Below, piece after piece: positions 34,236-45,147 of a stretch of DNA of 55,434 nucleotides. The position numbers and the translations under genes are program-made. Source of the stretch: Ionaspis alba (Eukaryota); NCBI GenBank assembly GCA_964255285.1, contig CAXUUL010000031.1:1-55434 (forward strand). Direction: 5' to 3'. Under the pieces are notes generated by a model, which worked only from the letters and a program-made list of their open reading frames with translations, was not told the DNA's origin and ran no database searches. Every line of letters starts with the position of its first letter. Position 1 is the first letter of the stretch.

Positions 34236-37200
34236 TCAAACATTCGACTCTCTAACCTCCCACCCCTCTGCCTCGCTAACCCAGTCCTTTTTCTCCCCCA
34301 AAACCACCAAATTCGCACCCTCCATCCCCTCCACCAGAAACTTCTGCGCCACATCCTTGACCTCCTCCCTCCCCACATCCAAGAGCCTCTCCCTCTTCAC
34401 CTGTTCCATCTCCTCATCAACTCCACTCAAGAACCTCGTCATGCCCTCCTCGCTCACGCTTTCCGGGGCATCAACCCCCTGGAAAACACTCAACTTCGCC
34501 TCCTCAAGATCCTGGTCACTCCACTCGCGATCTCGTGCCCAGCGTCCCGCATCGCGCATCACGGCGATCGTGTTTTGCGGATTCGGATCGCGGTAGCTGT
34601 AGAAGCCGGAGAGACCGCTGAGCCCCTTAGCATATGCGCCGCCGCCGTAGGCTCCGCCTTTTTCGCGGATCTCGTGGTGCAGATGTTTGTGGGTCAGGAG
34701 CTGGGAGAGGATGGAGAGGGCGGCGTTGGAGGGATGCGTGTAGGGGACTGTGGGGATGGAGAGCGCGGAATAGTAGACTTGGTAGGGAAGAGGAAAGAAG
34801 GTTTTAGTATTGCGTGGGTAGGATGTTGGTGGTGCCTGGGCGGTGGGAACGGATGACGAGGTTGGGAGTGTAGCGAGGAACTCTTCGAGTGCGGCTTCGT
34901 TGGAGGAGACGGATTCGGGTCCGCAGGTTAGTGCTGTGCGGAAGTTAGAGGACTTAGAAATGGCGAATTGTTGGATGGTTTTGAGCTTGGCGATGATGTC
35001 TCCGAGCCCCTCCTCCGCCGGGCGAGATGCTAGTCCTGTGACGTGGCGAACCTGTGTCAGTCCGCCGACCTGCTCACTCAATCTACCTTGCGGAGTCAAG
35101 CCAGCTTCTGCAAAGCGTCTAGCGTACGAGTGCCCTGAGCTGGCGACCGCGTCTAGCGCACCGCTGGCATCACCTTGGAGGAGCTGTTTAATCATGCTCT
35201 CTGCTTCGGGACTGTCGAAATATGTCTCCTGTAGAACAATACGAAGTAGTTCATACATGGCGGGCATGTTATGGTCCAAAGCATAGCCCGAGAATGAGAA
35301 ACCTTCCTTGACGGCCGTGATGTCTGTAGGAGATGTGGTTGAATAGTATGAAGCTTTGATGCCGCCAGTCTTGAGCTTCATGAGATCCTCTAGTTGTTCC
35401 ATAGTCTTATCCTTGGTTCCTAATCGCATGATGGAATCGGTGAAAAGTGGTATGAGCATCCTTAATTCGTCTGGAAGGCCGTCCAAGACATTGATGGCAC
35501 GGAAGTATGTCAGACCATTGGTACTGGCTTCACGCCATTGTACTTTGACATCACCGACTTGGGAGTCTCGGGTTAGCTTCTTCTCCATTTCTCTTGGTAT
35601 GTCTGCAGCCCGGACAGTGGGTAGGCAGCTCATATCCTGGCTTCTCGCCTTCTCCTGCACTTCGAGGAGTTCGAGCTCTCGGGCAGTGAGCTCCTTATGC
35701 GCTTCAGCTTCACTTCCGGCCAGTTTTGAGACCTCTGTGATCTTTCCTGCCAGCCTTGCAGCCTCTTCTGCAATCAACTCGTCTCCGTATGTCGCAGATG
35801 GTTCCATTGTAAAAGTTAGATTCTTATCGTTGAGGAGATATTTCTCCAGCAAGCTCTCCAAGTAGCCCTCTCTTGCAAATCTTCTCTTGAACTCAGTGAC
35901 GGTCTCGTCCCATGCCAACGCGTCAAATGGATCCACTCCATTGAACCAACCTGGCTGAAGACGCTGCATGAGTCCCATACCAAAATTCGCTGTCTTGTGC
36001 TTCAGACTTAGTTCGAGCTGGTGCAGGAGACCGTCGACTTTCCCCTTCTCAAACCCATTTCTGCGCATATCTGCAAACACCGACATCGTAGCATCCTTGA
36101 CTTTAGTGACATCGGCCTTTTTGACACCATTCAAGCCAATTGAAAAGATGCCCACCTTTCCAGCGCTGTCGAAACCTGTGTTGGGACTCCAGTCTGGACC
36201 AAGCCCGGCTTCTATCAGGCCTCGATACAGTGGCGAGCCGTAACCATCGAGTAGCAACGAAGACATGACTCCGAGGGAGAAGGTCTCTATAATGTCTGAG
36301 GTGTCTCCCATCAGCCACGACGTAGAGGTTTTGTACTGCATGGAAGGGTCTACCAAAGGATCGATAGGACCTTTGATAGTGATATTCTGAGGCCCATCAT
36401 CGAGATTGATTGGTAATTTGATAGTTTTGTCGGCTCGAATCTGATCAAAGGCGTCTAACTGTCGACCGACCTCAATGAGATGATCTGTAAGCGGCATGTC
36501 TCCATATGTAAATAGCTTAGCATTGCTCGGATGGTAATTTCGAGAGTGGAAGTCTTTGAGGTTTGCATAGGTTAAGTCTGTCATTTTCTGTGGGTCACCT
36601 CCAGAGTTGTTGATATCAGGGAATATGTGGTCTTGGAATTTGATGTAGTAGAGGTAGCTTGCGTCTGACATCTGTCCTTTCATTTCATTGTATACCACAC
36701 CTTTAAACACGAGCTTCTCATCTAAATGTTTATCGGAGCCTTCTGTATTTGCAGGTTTCGGGTTCTCTGGTCCTATCCTCCATCCCTCCTGTGTGAAATC
36801 TGTCTCTTTTAACAGCGGATGCAATGTGGCGTCAAGGTAAACAGACATTAGATTATTGAAGTCTTTCCGATTGGTAGTAGCAAATGGATAGCTAGTATGA
36901 TCCGACGAGGTAAAGGCATTCATAAAATTGGAGAGAGATCGGGGAAGCATTTTGAAGAAAGGGTCGCGCACAGGATATCTAGAAAACATTAGATATTTGC
37001 TTCTGAAGTAAAAACGGGAAGGCGTTACTTTTCGCTCCCACATAGTGTAGTATGCTCCAATATGTGAGGGACACCGGTATCATCCGGAGGGTTTGTCTTG
37101 AATCCAATAGAGAAGACATTGTTCTTGTCGTCCCTGGCCACATGTAGATACTCTGCGCCAGTCTTGTCGTGTTGCAAGTGGAAGGCTGTAAGCTGGAGTT

Positions 37201-37375
37201 CTGGGACATGTTTGGTACGTTTGAATGTGAATCCATGAAGCTGCTCCCCAGGTTTGGGATAGCTGCTAAGACCAGTCACTGATGCATACCCTTGCCGCCT
37301 ACAGCGATGATGTTGCGATCTGATTATTCGTGCACCGGAGCCGTTGAACCTCGATGGAGGGTTTCTGGGAAACAT
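34236..37375 (-). CDS. CYM1: Mitochondrial presequence protease (pitrilysin, M16C); exons 37375-37029 and 36978-34236, about 1029 aa
   Basis: [25 protein letters not shown] (HxxEH), [21 protein letters not shown] and SYRDPN. Confidence 0.96.
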
Positions 37376-38091
37376 AGATGGGGTGACAGTTAGTGGTGCA
37401 AAGTTCGTCTCTTGATCTACTGATTATTCCCTTCGATGGCACTTTTGATAGACACTACGCAATAATCCTTGTCGGATAGACCCCTGCCACCTTGTAAAGA
37501 GCCATGCATCATGCCTTTGCTGTCTTGGAGTACAGACGACCACTTCCTTGGTTCGAGACAGCTGAAAGTGCTTTCGACTTATAGGCTAATGTGACTGCTG
37601 TAGTATCACCCCAGATGGCAATTTCCTATATGAGAATTTCTATGTCGCGGATTCCTCCATTGGCCTGATGTATTGCGTCGATCATTTTCGTAACCGAGAC
37701 AATTAGGCCGAATCCTCAAGCACCGAATGTGGACCGAATCTATGCTGTCCTCCCCCCTCCTCCAATATCGATAATACCATTTCGCACAGTCTCTACGTCT
37801 GCCATTCCTTTCGTCAGCATCATATACCGTTACAGCTATCCAACGTTATCCACCGCTTGAATCCGTTTGACCGTTGACACTAGTCTGGCGTGGCGGAAGT
37901 GTGTTAACCTGGGATGCCAAGTCGAGAAACAGCACGAGTAACGAACACCATCGAGACCTCCGCGTAGAACAGACTCACGGAACCAGGCCATTCTCAAGGA
38001 AATTCAATTTCCAGACCGCTGAAGGAACATCTATGAGCTCGGCATAAATAGAGATCTAGTCGAGGCCCTACGGAGGAGCGGTTTGTGAGCC

Positions 38092-39776
38092 ATGGCTGCA
38101 GTGGCTTCTCAGCCTCCGACCGGACCAAACAGCTCTCGCTCGTCATCCGTAGTCAATGGAACTGCAGCCGTCGATTACATCAATGGCCATGGAGGTCTTC
38201 CAGATTCCCCAGCTTCGAATCTTGCGCCAGCCGTTGCGCCTCCAGCTCCAGCCTCGAAGAAAGCTAAAGGGAAGAAGGCCGTAGATCCTAACGAGACTGG
38301 AAAACTCCTTGCGGCCAAAATCAATCAGCTTGAACTTGATGCTGCTGGAGAGAAGGATCAAGAGCTCGAAATAGGTGGGTGCATCCTCATTAGATCGTGA
38401 GAAGATGGCATAGTGTATGGAGGGCAGAAACAGGCTGACGGTTCTCGACTACATCACAATATAGAACGCGAAGTTCGAAAAGCTACTCGAGATTTGAACA
38501 ACTTGCTGGCTGGTATGGGTACGCCCTTGGAACGTATGGACGCTTTGCAGAAAAGGAATGCAGATCTATTCGCAGATATGAAACGATTAGAAAGAGACCA
38601 CGTCAAGAGCAAGAAGCGTGCAGATCAGCTCCAGAAAGAGAAAGACTCCGGCCGTTCGGAACTCAATAAGACATTGAGCATGAAAGAGAAACTAGAGAAA
38701 CTCTGCAGGGAATTGACTCGGGAGAACAAGAAGATGAAGGTAGGTACATCAGGCAAATCCGGGACACTATATGGGTATCGTACACCTGGAGGAAACCTGC
38801 TAACATCTACGGTTTGTAGGAGGAGCATAAGAGGCTGGAGGATACAGAAAAGAAGAGCAGGGAGACCTTGAGTGAAAAGTATGAAAGTCTCTTCTGGGAT
38901 ATGGACGATATTATGGAACAGAAAGAGAATCCGGAGAGCCAAAAGCTCAACATGGAGGCGGATGAACTGTACGATAACTTCATTGCAGAAGTGCGTAGCT
39001 TCGATAGGAGCTGACTCATTCAATCCAGGTTTCGTCAAAAGTTCAAATCATTCATCGACCAATATGATCTTCGAGAACTCCACTTCCATTCACTCTCCCG
39101 GACGAAGGAATGTGAAGTACAATACAATCTAGCACGGTTCGAACACCAAAGAAAAATCGCCGAGAACGAATCCGCTCGCTCAAGGCAACTCAGCACACAG
39201 GTATCAACCTTCTCGCAGACGGAGACAGAGCTTCGAAGTCAGCTCAACATCTACGTCGAAAAATTCAAACAGGTGGAAGATACACTAAACAACTCCAATG
39301 ATCTGTTCCTAACATTTCGAAAGGAGATGGAAGAGATGTCCAAAAAGACCAAACGTTTAGAAAAAGAGAACCTTAATCTTACACGCAAGCATGACCTTAC
39401 CAACCGCAACATTCTTGAAATGGCAGAGGAAAGGACCAGAGTCAATAAAGAGGTGGAAACCCTACGAAAGAAAAATAACACCTTGGAGAGCGTCATCCGC
39501 CGAATGCAAGATCAAGGTCGAGGGCCTGCAGTCGGTTCAGCCTTGGAAGGTGAAGAGGAAGGGACTGAAAGCGACTACGACGAGGAAGAGTATGACGATG
39601 AGGAAGGAAGTGAAGAGGGTGAGTACGACGATGACACTGAGGAAGAGATAGCTTTGCAAGCTACTGCCAGTGGTCACCCTGCTTTCGGGCCTGTTCCTCC
39701 GCCTCTTGCAGGAAATCAGATCCTCGCGAACGGCAAGATTAATGGTGAAGTCAATGGTATCAAGCATGAGCATTGA
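38092..39776 (+). CDS. Taxilin-family coiled-coil protein; 4 exons
   Basis: KEKLEKLCREL, ELRSQLNIYVEKFKQVEDTLNNSNDLFLTFRKEMEEMSKKTKRLEKEN, and an acidic tail. Confidence 0.88.
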
Positions 39777-39935
39777 TCGCGTCTTTGTAGCGACTCAACT
39801 CGGCTAGATAATTTGATTGCAACCTCTGGCTTATTGTCGTTCATGGTAGTTTGTGCTGCAAAGTCTCGTGAGCGAAATAGGACCCTCGAGCCTGTGTATG
39901 GCTACTGTGAGCCTATATAGGCGCAAGGCACGTTT

Positions 39936-40997
39936 CTATAATTTACTTTCTCTTCCTCCACTCACATAACCACTTCCTAACCTTAGCATTCCTACGGCCT
40001 CCTTCACCATATCTTCCACAATCACCGCGGCAGGCTTGATATTCCCTATAACGGCTGCTACCTGTCCCATCAAGAAAGGGAAGTCAACCTCGTTGTCCTC
40101 ATCCATATCTTTCATCATTGGCACCACCCCACTCTCTGTTAATTTCTTGATCTCCTCCGGCTTCCCTTCCCATCCCTCAATATATTCATTCCTTTTTACC
40201 CTCAACGGCCGCCCACTAACCACCAACGTCCTCAACGTATCCCCAAATCCAGCACTAACAACCGCCTCCTTATGCAACCGACTACATCCAGCCTCCACAC
40301 TCGCCACAAACCTCGTCCCAACCCAAACGCCCACGGCTCCCATCACAAGGGCACTCGCCAATCCCCTCCCATCATAAATCCCTCCCGCCGCAACAACGAG
40401 CCCACACCTACCGCCCAGCATCGGCGGCCTATACCTCTTTGCCACATCCACACAAGCAGGCACCAAAATACTACTCCCCACTTCCCCCGTATGCCCACCT
40501 CCTTCTCCACCCTGCGCGCACACGATATCGCACCCCACCTCAAAAGCCTTCTCCGCATGTCTAGGCGCTCCCACCATATTCATGACGACCACACCACCCT
40601 CATGCAGTCTCTTCACAACTCTAGCAGGCGGCACCCCCACGGCACTCACAAAGAGCCTCGCTCCCTCCTCCACTACAACTTCGACGAGCGCGTCCAGCTG
40701 TCCGTGCGTGTAATCGTGGTTCGTAGCCCGGGCACCTTCGCCGACTTTCGGCAGGGCGAGATCCACGCCGAAGGGCAGATCCCGGGAGGGGAGAAGGGAT
40801 TTGAGCTCTTGGATCATGGCGCGTAGTTGTGTCGGGGTGTAGCCGAGTCCGCCGATTGTGCCGAGGCCGCCGGCCGCGGAGACGGCGGCGGCGAGGGGGG
40901 CAGTGGAGGTATGGGCCATGCCAGCTAGGAGGATGGGGTGCTGGATTCGGAGGAGGGTTGTTAAGGGGGTTGTGAGCGGGGGATTTGGGAGGGCCAT
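39936..40997 (-). CDS. Nitronate monooxygenase / 2-nitropropane dioxygenase family FMN enzyme, intronless
   Basis: HPILLAGM, AAVSAAGGLG, AQGGEGGGHTG, AAGGIYDGRG, GVWVGTRF and MGQVA. Confidence 0.93.
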   Translation of the reverse strand: MALPNPPLTTPLTTLLRIQHPILLAGMAHTSTAPLAAAVSAAGGLGTIGGLGYTPTQLRAMIQELKSLLPSRDLPFGVDLALPKVGEGARATNHDYTHGQLDALVEVVVEEGARLFVSAVGVPPARVVKRLHEGGVVVMNMVGAPRHAEKAFEVGCDIVCAQGGEGGGHTGEVGSSILVPACVDVAKRYRPPMLGGRCGLVVAAGGIYDGRGLASALVMGAVGVWVGTRFVASVEAGCSRLHKEAVVSAGFGDTLRTLVVSGRPLRVKRNEYIEGWEGKPEEIKKLTESGVVPMMKDMDEDNEVDFPFLMGQVAAVIGNIKPAAVIVEDMVKEAVGMLRLGSGYVSGGRESKL

Positions 40998-41449
40998 AGT
41001 CGTGGTTGTTGTCGGGAGGACTGGTGCCGTAGTGTTCGGAGAGGTTTATGTACCCTGGAGATGATAGAGAATGGCGATAGAGTGTTGACAGGACGAAGAC
41101 GGTTTGCTAGAGCGCATCATCGCGAGGTTTGGATCTTGCAGCAATGATGATGATTGAGGGGACTGGGTCTTGGCGACTGAGTTGCCGAGGTTGTGGTGAG
41201 CTAGGCTGGGCATGTTTGCCCAAATCACGTGAGCCGGAAAGGGATGGCATGCAGTCTCTCAGCTAATGTCGGAGGCCTTTGTATATATATGTGCTATTAA
41301 CCTTGCGATAGTAAGTTACGGAAATACGACTGTTAGTGCCAAACCTTGTCTTTCGTGTTTATCGCATTTGTCTCGCATGAAACGATTTGGGGAAGGTCGT
41401 GAACATTCTTGTTGTTATGTTATTCCGCGACGCGGTGGGAGGAGGTAAT

Positions 41450-41501
41450 TGTTGAGTCACAACTACGGAACCACCCCCTATTGCCGCATCTTGACCTAAC
41501 A
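41450..41501. mobile_element. 52-bp internally deleted solo-LTR-like element with a 5-bp TSD (GTAAT)
   Basis: TGTTGAGTCACAACTAC...CCTAACA, with GTAAT at 41445-41449 and 41502-41506. Termini match the element at 44982-45147. Confidence 0.75.
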
Positions 41502-41954
41502 GTAATGGTCTATTCTAATCATGTCAGCCGCCGGTATCGATGTCTATTAACTCTGAGGATGACCAAGGCACTGTTGAGACAATGATAATATGGCTTATCG
41601 TTGACATTGCTTCAATGTATGGGAAAAGAGGATTATTAGATGTCCGGATAAGGGACTCGTCTGAGATGCCCTTTCCAACATAAGAAGTCCCTACTTTCAC
41701 CCGCGAGTGTTTTACTTCAGAACCCCACTCTCGTTCATCTCTCGATACCCGCCAGTGCCTGTATAAATCTTTAATACATCCTCTCTTGTCGATCTCCATC
41801 CGTCAACGAAAAATTCGTTGATAGCTTCAACGTTTCTAATTTCTTCCAGATCGGTCTGAGTCTATATTGTTTACACTGTCTTCACTTTCTTTATTATCAC
41901 TACCATTTTTACCCTCGTAGCTGTGGCTATCGTGGTCTTCGTCGTTGTTATTTT

Positions 41955-42122
41955 TTGATTCAAGGTTTGGATGAAGACCCTCAGTGGGCACGCGTTCGCG
42001 AGCTGCTGACAGAAAATGATCGTCAAGAACAAGATGGAAATGGCGTTAAGCTGCCATTCGTCATACGACGCGACCTGATCTATCATAAAAAAGATGGGAC
42101 AGAGAAACTGCGTCTATGCATT
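41955..42122 (+). mobile_element. Ty3/Gypsy retrotransposon pol relic (region just upstream of the integrase zinc-binding domain)
   Basis: IQGLDEDPQWARVRELL...KLPFVIRRDLIYH....KLRLCI matches the G..DP.W....LPF...LIY....RLCIP pattern I recall from fungal Gypsy pol. Truncated on both sides. Confidence 0.55.
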
Positions 42123-42498
42123 ATTTTCTTCAGATCTTCGCATTCAGTTATCTTGACGTTTTTCAACGTGCCATTGACTATATATATTTGCGTCTAATCT
42201 GTTGTGATGTCTGGTTCTAATGCGGCTAAACGACCTTGGAATGATGAAGAGACTGAGCTACAGAAACGGAAACGGAGAGCCAAAGCAGAGTTGGCAGACT
42301 TGAGAGTTGAGGCGGATTTCATGGGAATCCCTACCAGCGGTTCTCGAGAAGTTTTGCGCTTCATGCGAAGACTCCTTTAAATCTCCAAAAACTCGCAGTA
42401 CCTTGATCCACCTAAGCCTTTCTTAGCACCCGATGACCTGTTCGACGTGTTCTCCATCCTCCCAAGCCACGTGCTGTTGAAAGCGATTCATAGACTCG

Positions 42499-43049
42499 CT
42501 ACAGAAACTCTGGAAATACCATGTCGGCCAATTGTTCTGTCTGGAGTTGACGTTCTGTTCCGTTTGTGTCAGATATTGGCCCCCCTTAGCATTCATCTAC
42601 TTACCAGCTCGAATGCTGTCGGTACTCCTGAAAGCAACAATTGCAGCTTGCGGGATGTTGTGGAGACACAGGAATTCTGTTACTTGCCTATCCAAGCCAT
42701 ACAACGGCATTGAGGAGGGATGGAAGACCCAGACCTCTTGGAACTTGGCTCCATCGATTTCTATGACCTGGCAGGGTTGGTTGATCCGTTGTTCCCTTTT
42801 GAGTGCCCAGTTCTCTGCATGTCTTTTGTCATCAAAGATGGAAATGAAAGGGCTGGGAATGCCTGAGTCCCAGTTGAGATGATCAAAGATTGATTGACAG
42901 AAATCGTTTATCGACGCACGGAACAAGACGGTGCGACTATCCGCAGCCTGAAAGCCTATCGAAGGACAGTATTGAGTCCAAGTCCCTTCGTATTGTACTC
43001 GATAGAATTTTCGCATGAGCAATGAAGGATGTACTCGGTGCTGATCCAT
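42499..43049 (-). CDS. Small DUF7587-like protein with an R-S-E ADP-ribosyltransferase-like signature; exons 43049-42605 and 42554-42499 (166 aa)
   Basis: KFYRVQ...GFQA...HLNWD..SPFISIF...HAENWA...VIEID...TEFLCLHNIP. A GTAAGT...CTGAC...CAG intron restores an in-frame end. Confidence 0.7.
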
Positions 43050-43793
43050 GTTTTGTAGAGATTGTGTTTAGGAGGAGACCACATGTATGAGGTGCCAGCA
43101 GAGAAGGAGAAGAAGAAACTGTTGGCAGAAATCTAAGACATATAATCTGGAGTACGATATGCATGCAAACGAGTCTCTTGGCTATGGTAAACGTGAACCC
43201 GCCATGGCCCTTGATGAGCGTTTGTAGCCTCCGACGCTCAACAAACCGATATTATATGCTTTGAGAAGACCGAAAACAAAACGCAATATACGATAGGGAA
43301 TAATTTTGATCACGGAGCTGTATTTCGAAACAGATACCTTTATTGCACAGATGGGTTGCAGGAGCATCATCTATGAGAAACTTCGCATCTGAGCAACTCC
43401 AAATAGCTGCAGTATCTAGCAAGTAACTAGTTCCGAGAGACCACCCGTGGGTAATACTTGCCTCCAACTAGTAATGGGACCATGCTATATGTCAGGGCGT
43501 AGAGCGGTGCAATTATTTGACATAGCTTTTCCCAAGAACATAGGGAGGTCTTCACAGATAGCAACAATCCAGATGCAAGTGAAGGCCATAGGAGTAGTGG
43601 CATATGGTAGTCTGCGTAGTGGAGGTCACCTCGAGAGGCGATGAGGAAGTTCTATAACTCCTTTCGATGTTTTGAGTGAGGTAGTGCGGAGCCTTCCCGA
43701 TTCGGATTGACCGCACATGGTCCTCGTGGGACATTCGTCCCTTCCTAAAATGGATTATTTACTTTGGCAGGGCTGACGTCCTTCATTAATCAC

Positions 43794-43940
43794 CCCTTGG
43801 TGGTCTAGTTGGGTCAGTATTACAAACCATCTTCAATACTTGTTCTGAGATTCACCAACTAATACTGAACAGTTATGGCACCCGGCTGTAATGGTGACCA
43901 GCTCACCGGGTTGTCGGCGGTTCGATTCCGCCCCAAGGGA
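43794..43940 (+). tRNA. tRNA-Tyr: tRNA-Tyr(GTA) with two introns: a 60-nt GT-AG intron in the D-loop (43813-43872) and a 13-nt canonical intron after position 37 (43892-43904)
   Basis: The spliced sequence CCCTTGG TG GTCT AGTTGGTTA TGGC A CCCGG CT GTA AA CCGGG TTGTC GGCGG TTCGATT CCGCC CCAAGGG A folds as a full cloverleaf. Acceptor, anticodon and T stems are perfect, C1:G72 and A73 are present, and the A and B boxes are intact. Confidence 0.88.
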
Positions 43941-43980
43941 TGAATACCTTGTCTGAGGCCCACCTCAGAATATGGAATCG

Positions 43981-43998
43981 TTTTTTATCAATTTTTTT
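43981..43998 (+). terminator. Probable Pol III terminator (T6 and T7 runs) of the tRNA gene
   Basis: First long T runs downstream of the tRNA, about 40 nt past the discriminator base. Confidence 0.55.
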
Positions 43999-44304
43999 GA
44001 TATATACCTTACATATATGAGCAGAGGCTTTCTTGCAGACACGCTTCCCTTGAGTATATACTCCTACATCATTATTGTTCCTGTCGCACTTCCAGTTTTT
44101 CGGAGGGGGTTCTTCGTCATGCCTTTGAATCCCGGGAGGCTCTCCCAGGGCACATTCTTACTTCTACAGTTAACATTGAAAACACATTTTACGATTCGAC
44201 AAAATAGTTACAGGGAGACCACCGATTTGGTCTTTAAACTTTTTGAAGTACACCTTAAACTTCCTACTATGGCGGCCGCCTCCTTCATACTTTCATCCTT
44301 TTAT

Positions 44305-44893
44305 AAATTTCAACAAGTCCACTTTCAAGGGCCCCAACCTGGCTGAGGCCATTCTATCTTTCAAACGCAACTCACAGCCATTACTTAAAGGGATCAGATT
44401 ACCCAACGAGATTAGAGAGTAAAGAACACTTCGGTCAGTATTTTGTTTCGTCGCTCAAAGAATTGTTAGTTATTTGATAGCTTGTGCTGGTAAAAAATGC
44501 TCTCTGGTCTTCCCTGATATGAAAGGTATGGTTCATCACCTTGCGAGCCACGCTGAGAGCGATGGAGAGGTCCATACCTGTTTAGTCGAAGGCTGCTCGC
44601 AAACTTTGAAGATCGATTCAGATAATCGTTGGCATTCGGTACGCATGCATCTGTATCGACACTACAATGTCACGGCAGTGAATTGTGATATCTGCGCGTG
44701 GTCTGGGTTCTCTAAGGCTGAACTACAACGGCATATGGAAGCGACACACCAGCAAGGGAACTACTCATGTGAGTTCTGCGGGCGGGACTTGCACACACTC
44801 CGTCAACTCCGATAACGTTATCTTACACATCAGCAAATAGAGGAGACAGAGGCGTTTGAGGAGTCTTTGCGAGAATTCGAGAGGAGGGCTTGA
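44305..44893 (+). pseudogene. Decayed C2H2 zinc-finger gene (about 4 fingers)
   Basis: CAGKKC..HLASH, CLVEGC..HLYRH, CDIC..HMEATH. The fourth finger, CEFC...LR*RYLTH, is broken by TAA at 44813-44815 and lacks the first His. GTCAGT...TAG intron at 44434-44480. Confidence 0.55.
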
Positions 44894-44981
44894 TATTCTT
44901 ACTATAGTGCGAGTGCTATTACTTAGCTGATCGGAGTTCGCCTTCTGCATGTTTCCATTCTTTTCATATATATATCAAGAA

Positions 44982-45147
44982 TGTTGAGTCACGACTACAC
45001 AACCATCCATGGGGGGGTGGTCTCTTGTAGTGTGTAACTCTGAGGCTTGATTGTAGGCTATAAAGGGTACTATATACAAGCGCTAGTCACGTGCACTAGC
45101 GTAGCTTAGCCCCTTGGCAATCCTTGGCCTGAGTCCCTGCCCTAACA
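44982..45147. mobile_element. 166-bp solo LTR with a 5-bp TSD (AAGAA)
   Basis: TGTTG...TAACA termini, AAGAA at 44977-44981 and 45148-45152, and internal TATA-like motifs. Confidence 0.85.

Noticed and set aside
43826..43840. CT-TCA-A inside the tRNA locus read as a selenocysteine or opal-suppressor anticodon
   Set aside because: It lies inside the GT-AG insert and has no proper anticodon stem. The CCCGG/CCGGG arm with GTA and the C1:G72/A73 identity give a complete tRNA-Tyr instead.
41450..45147. The two LTR-like sequences as the paired ends of one 3.7-kb retrotransposon
   Set aside because: Each has its own distinct flanking TSD, their interiors differ, and the sequence between them is not gag-pol.
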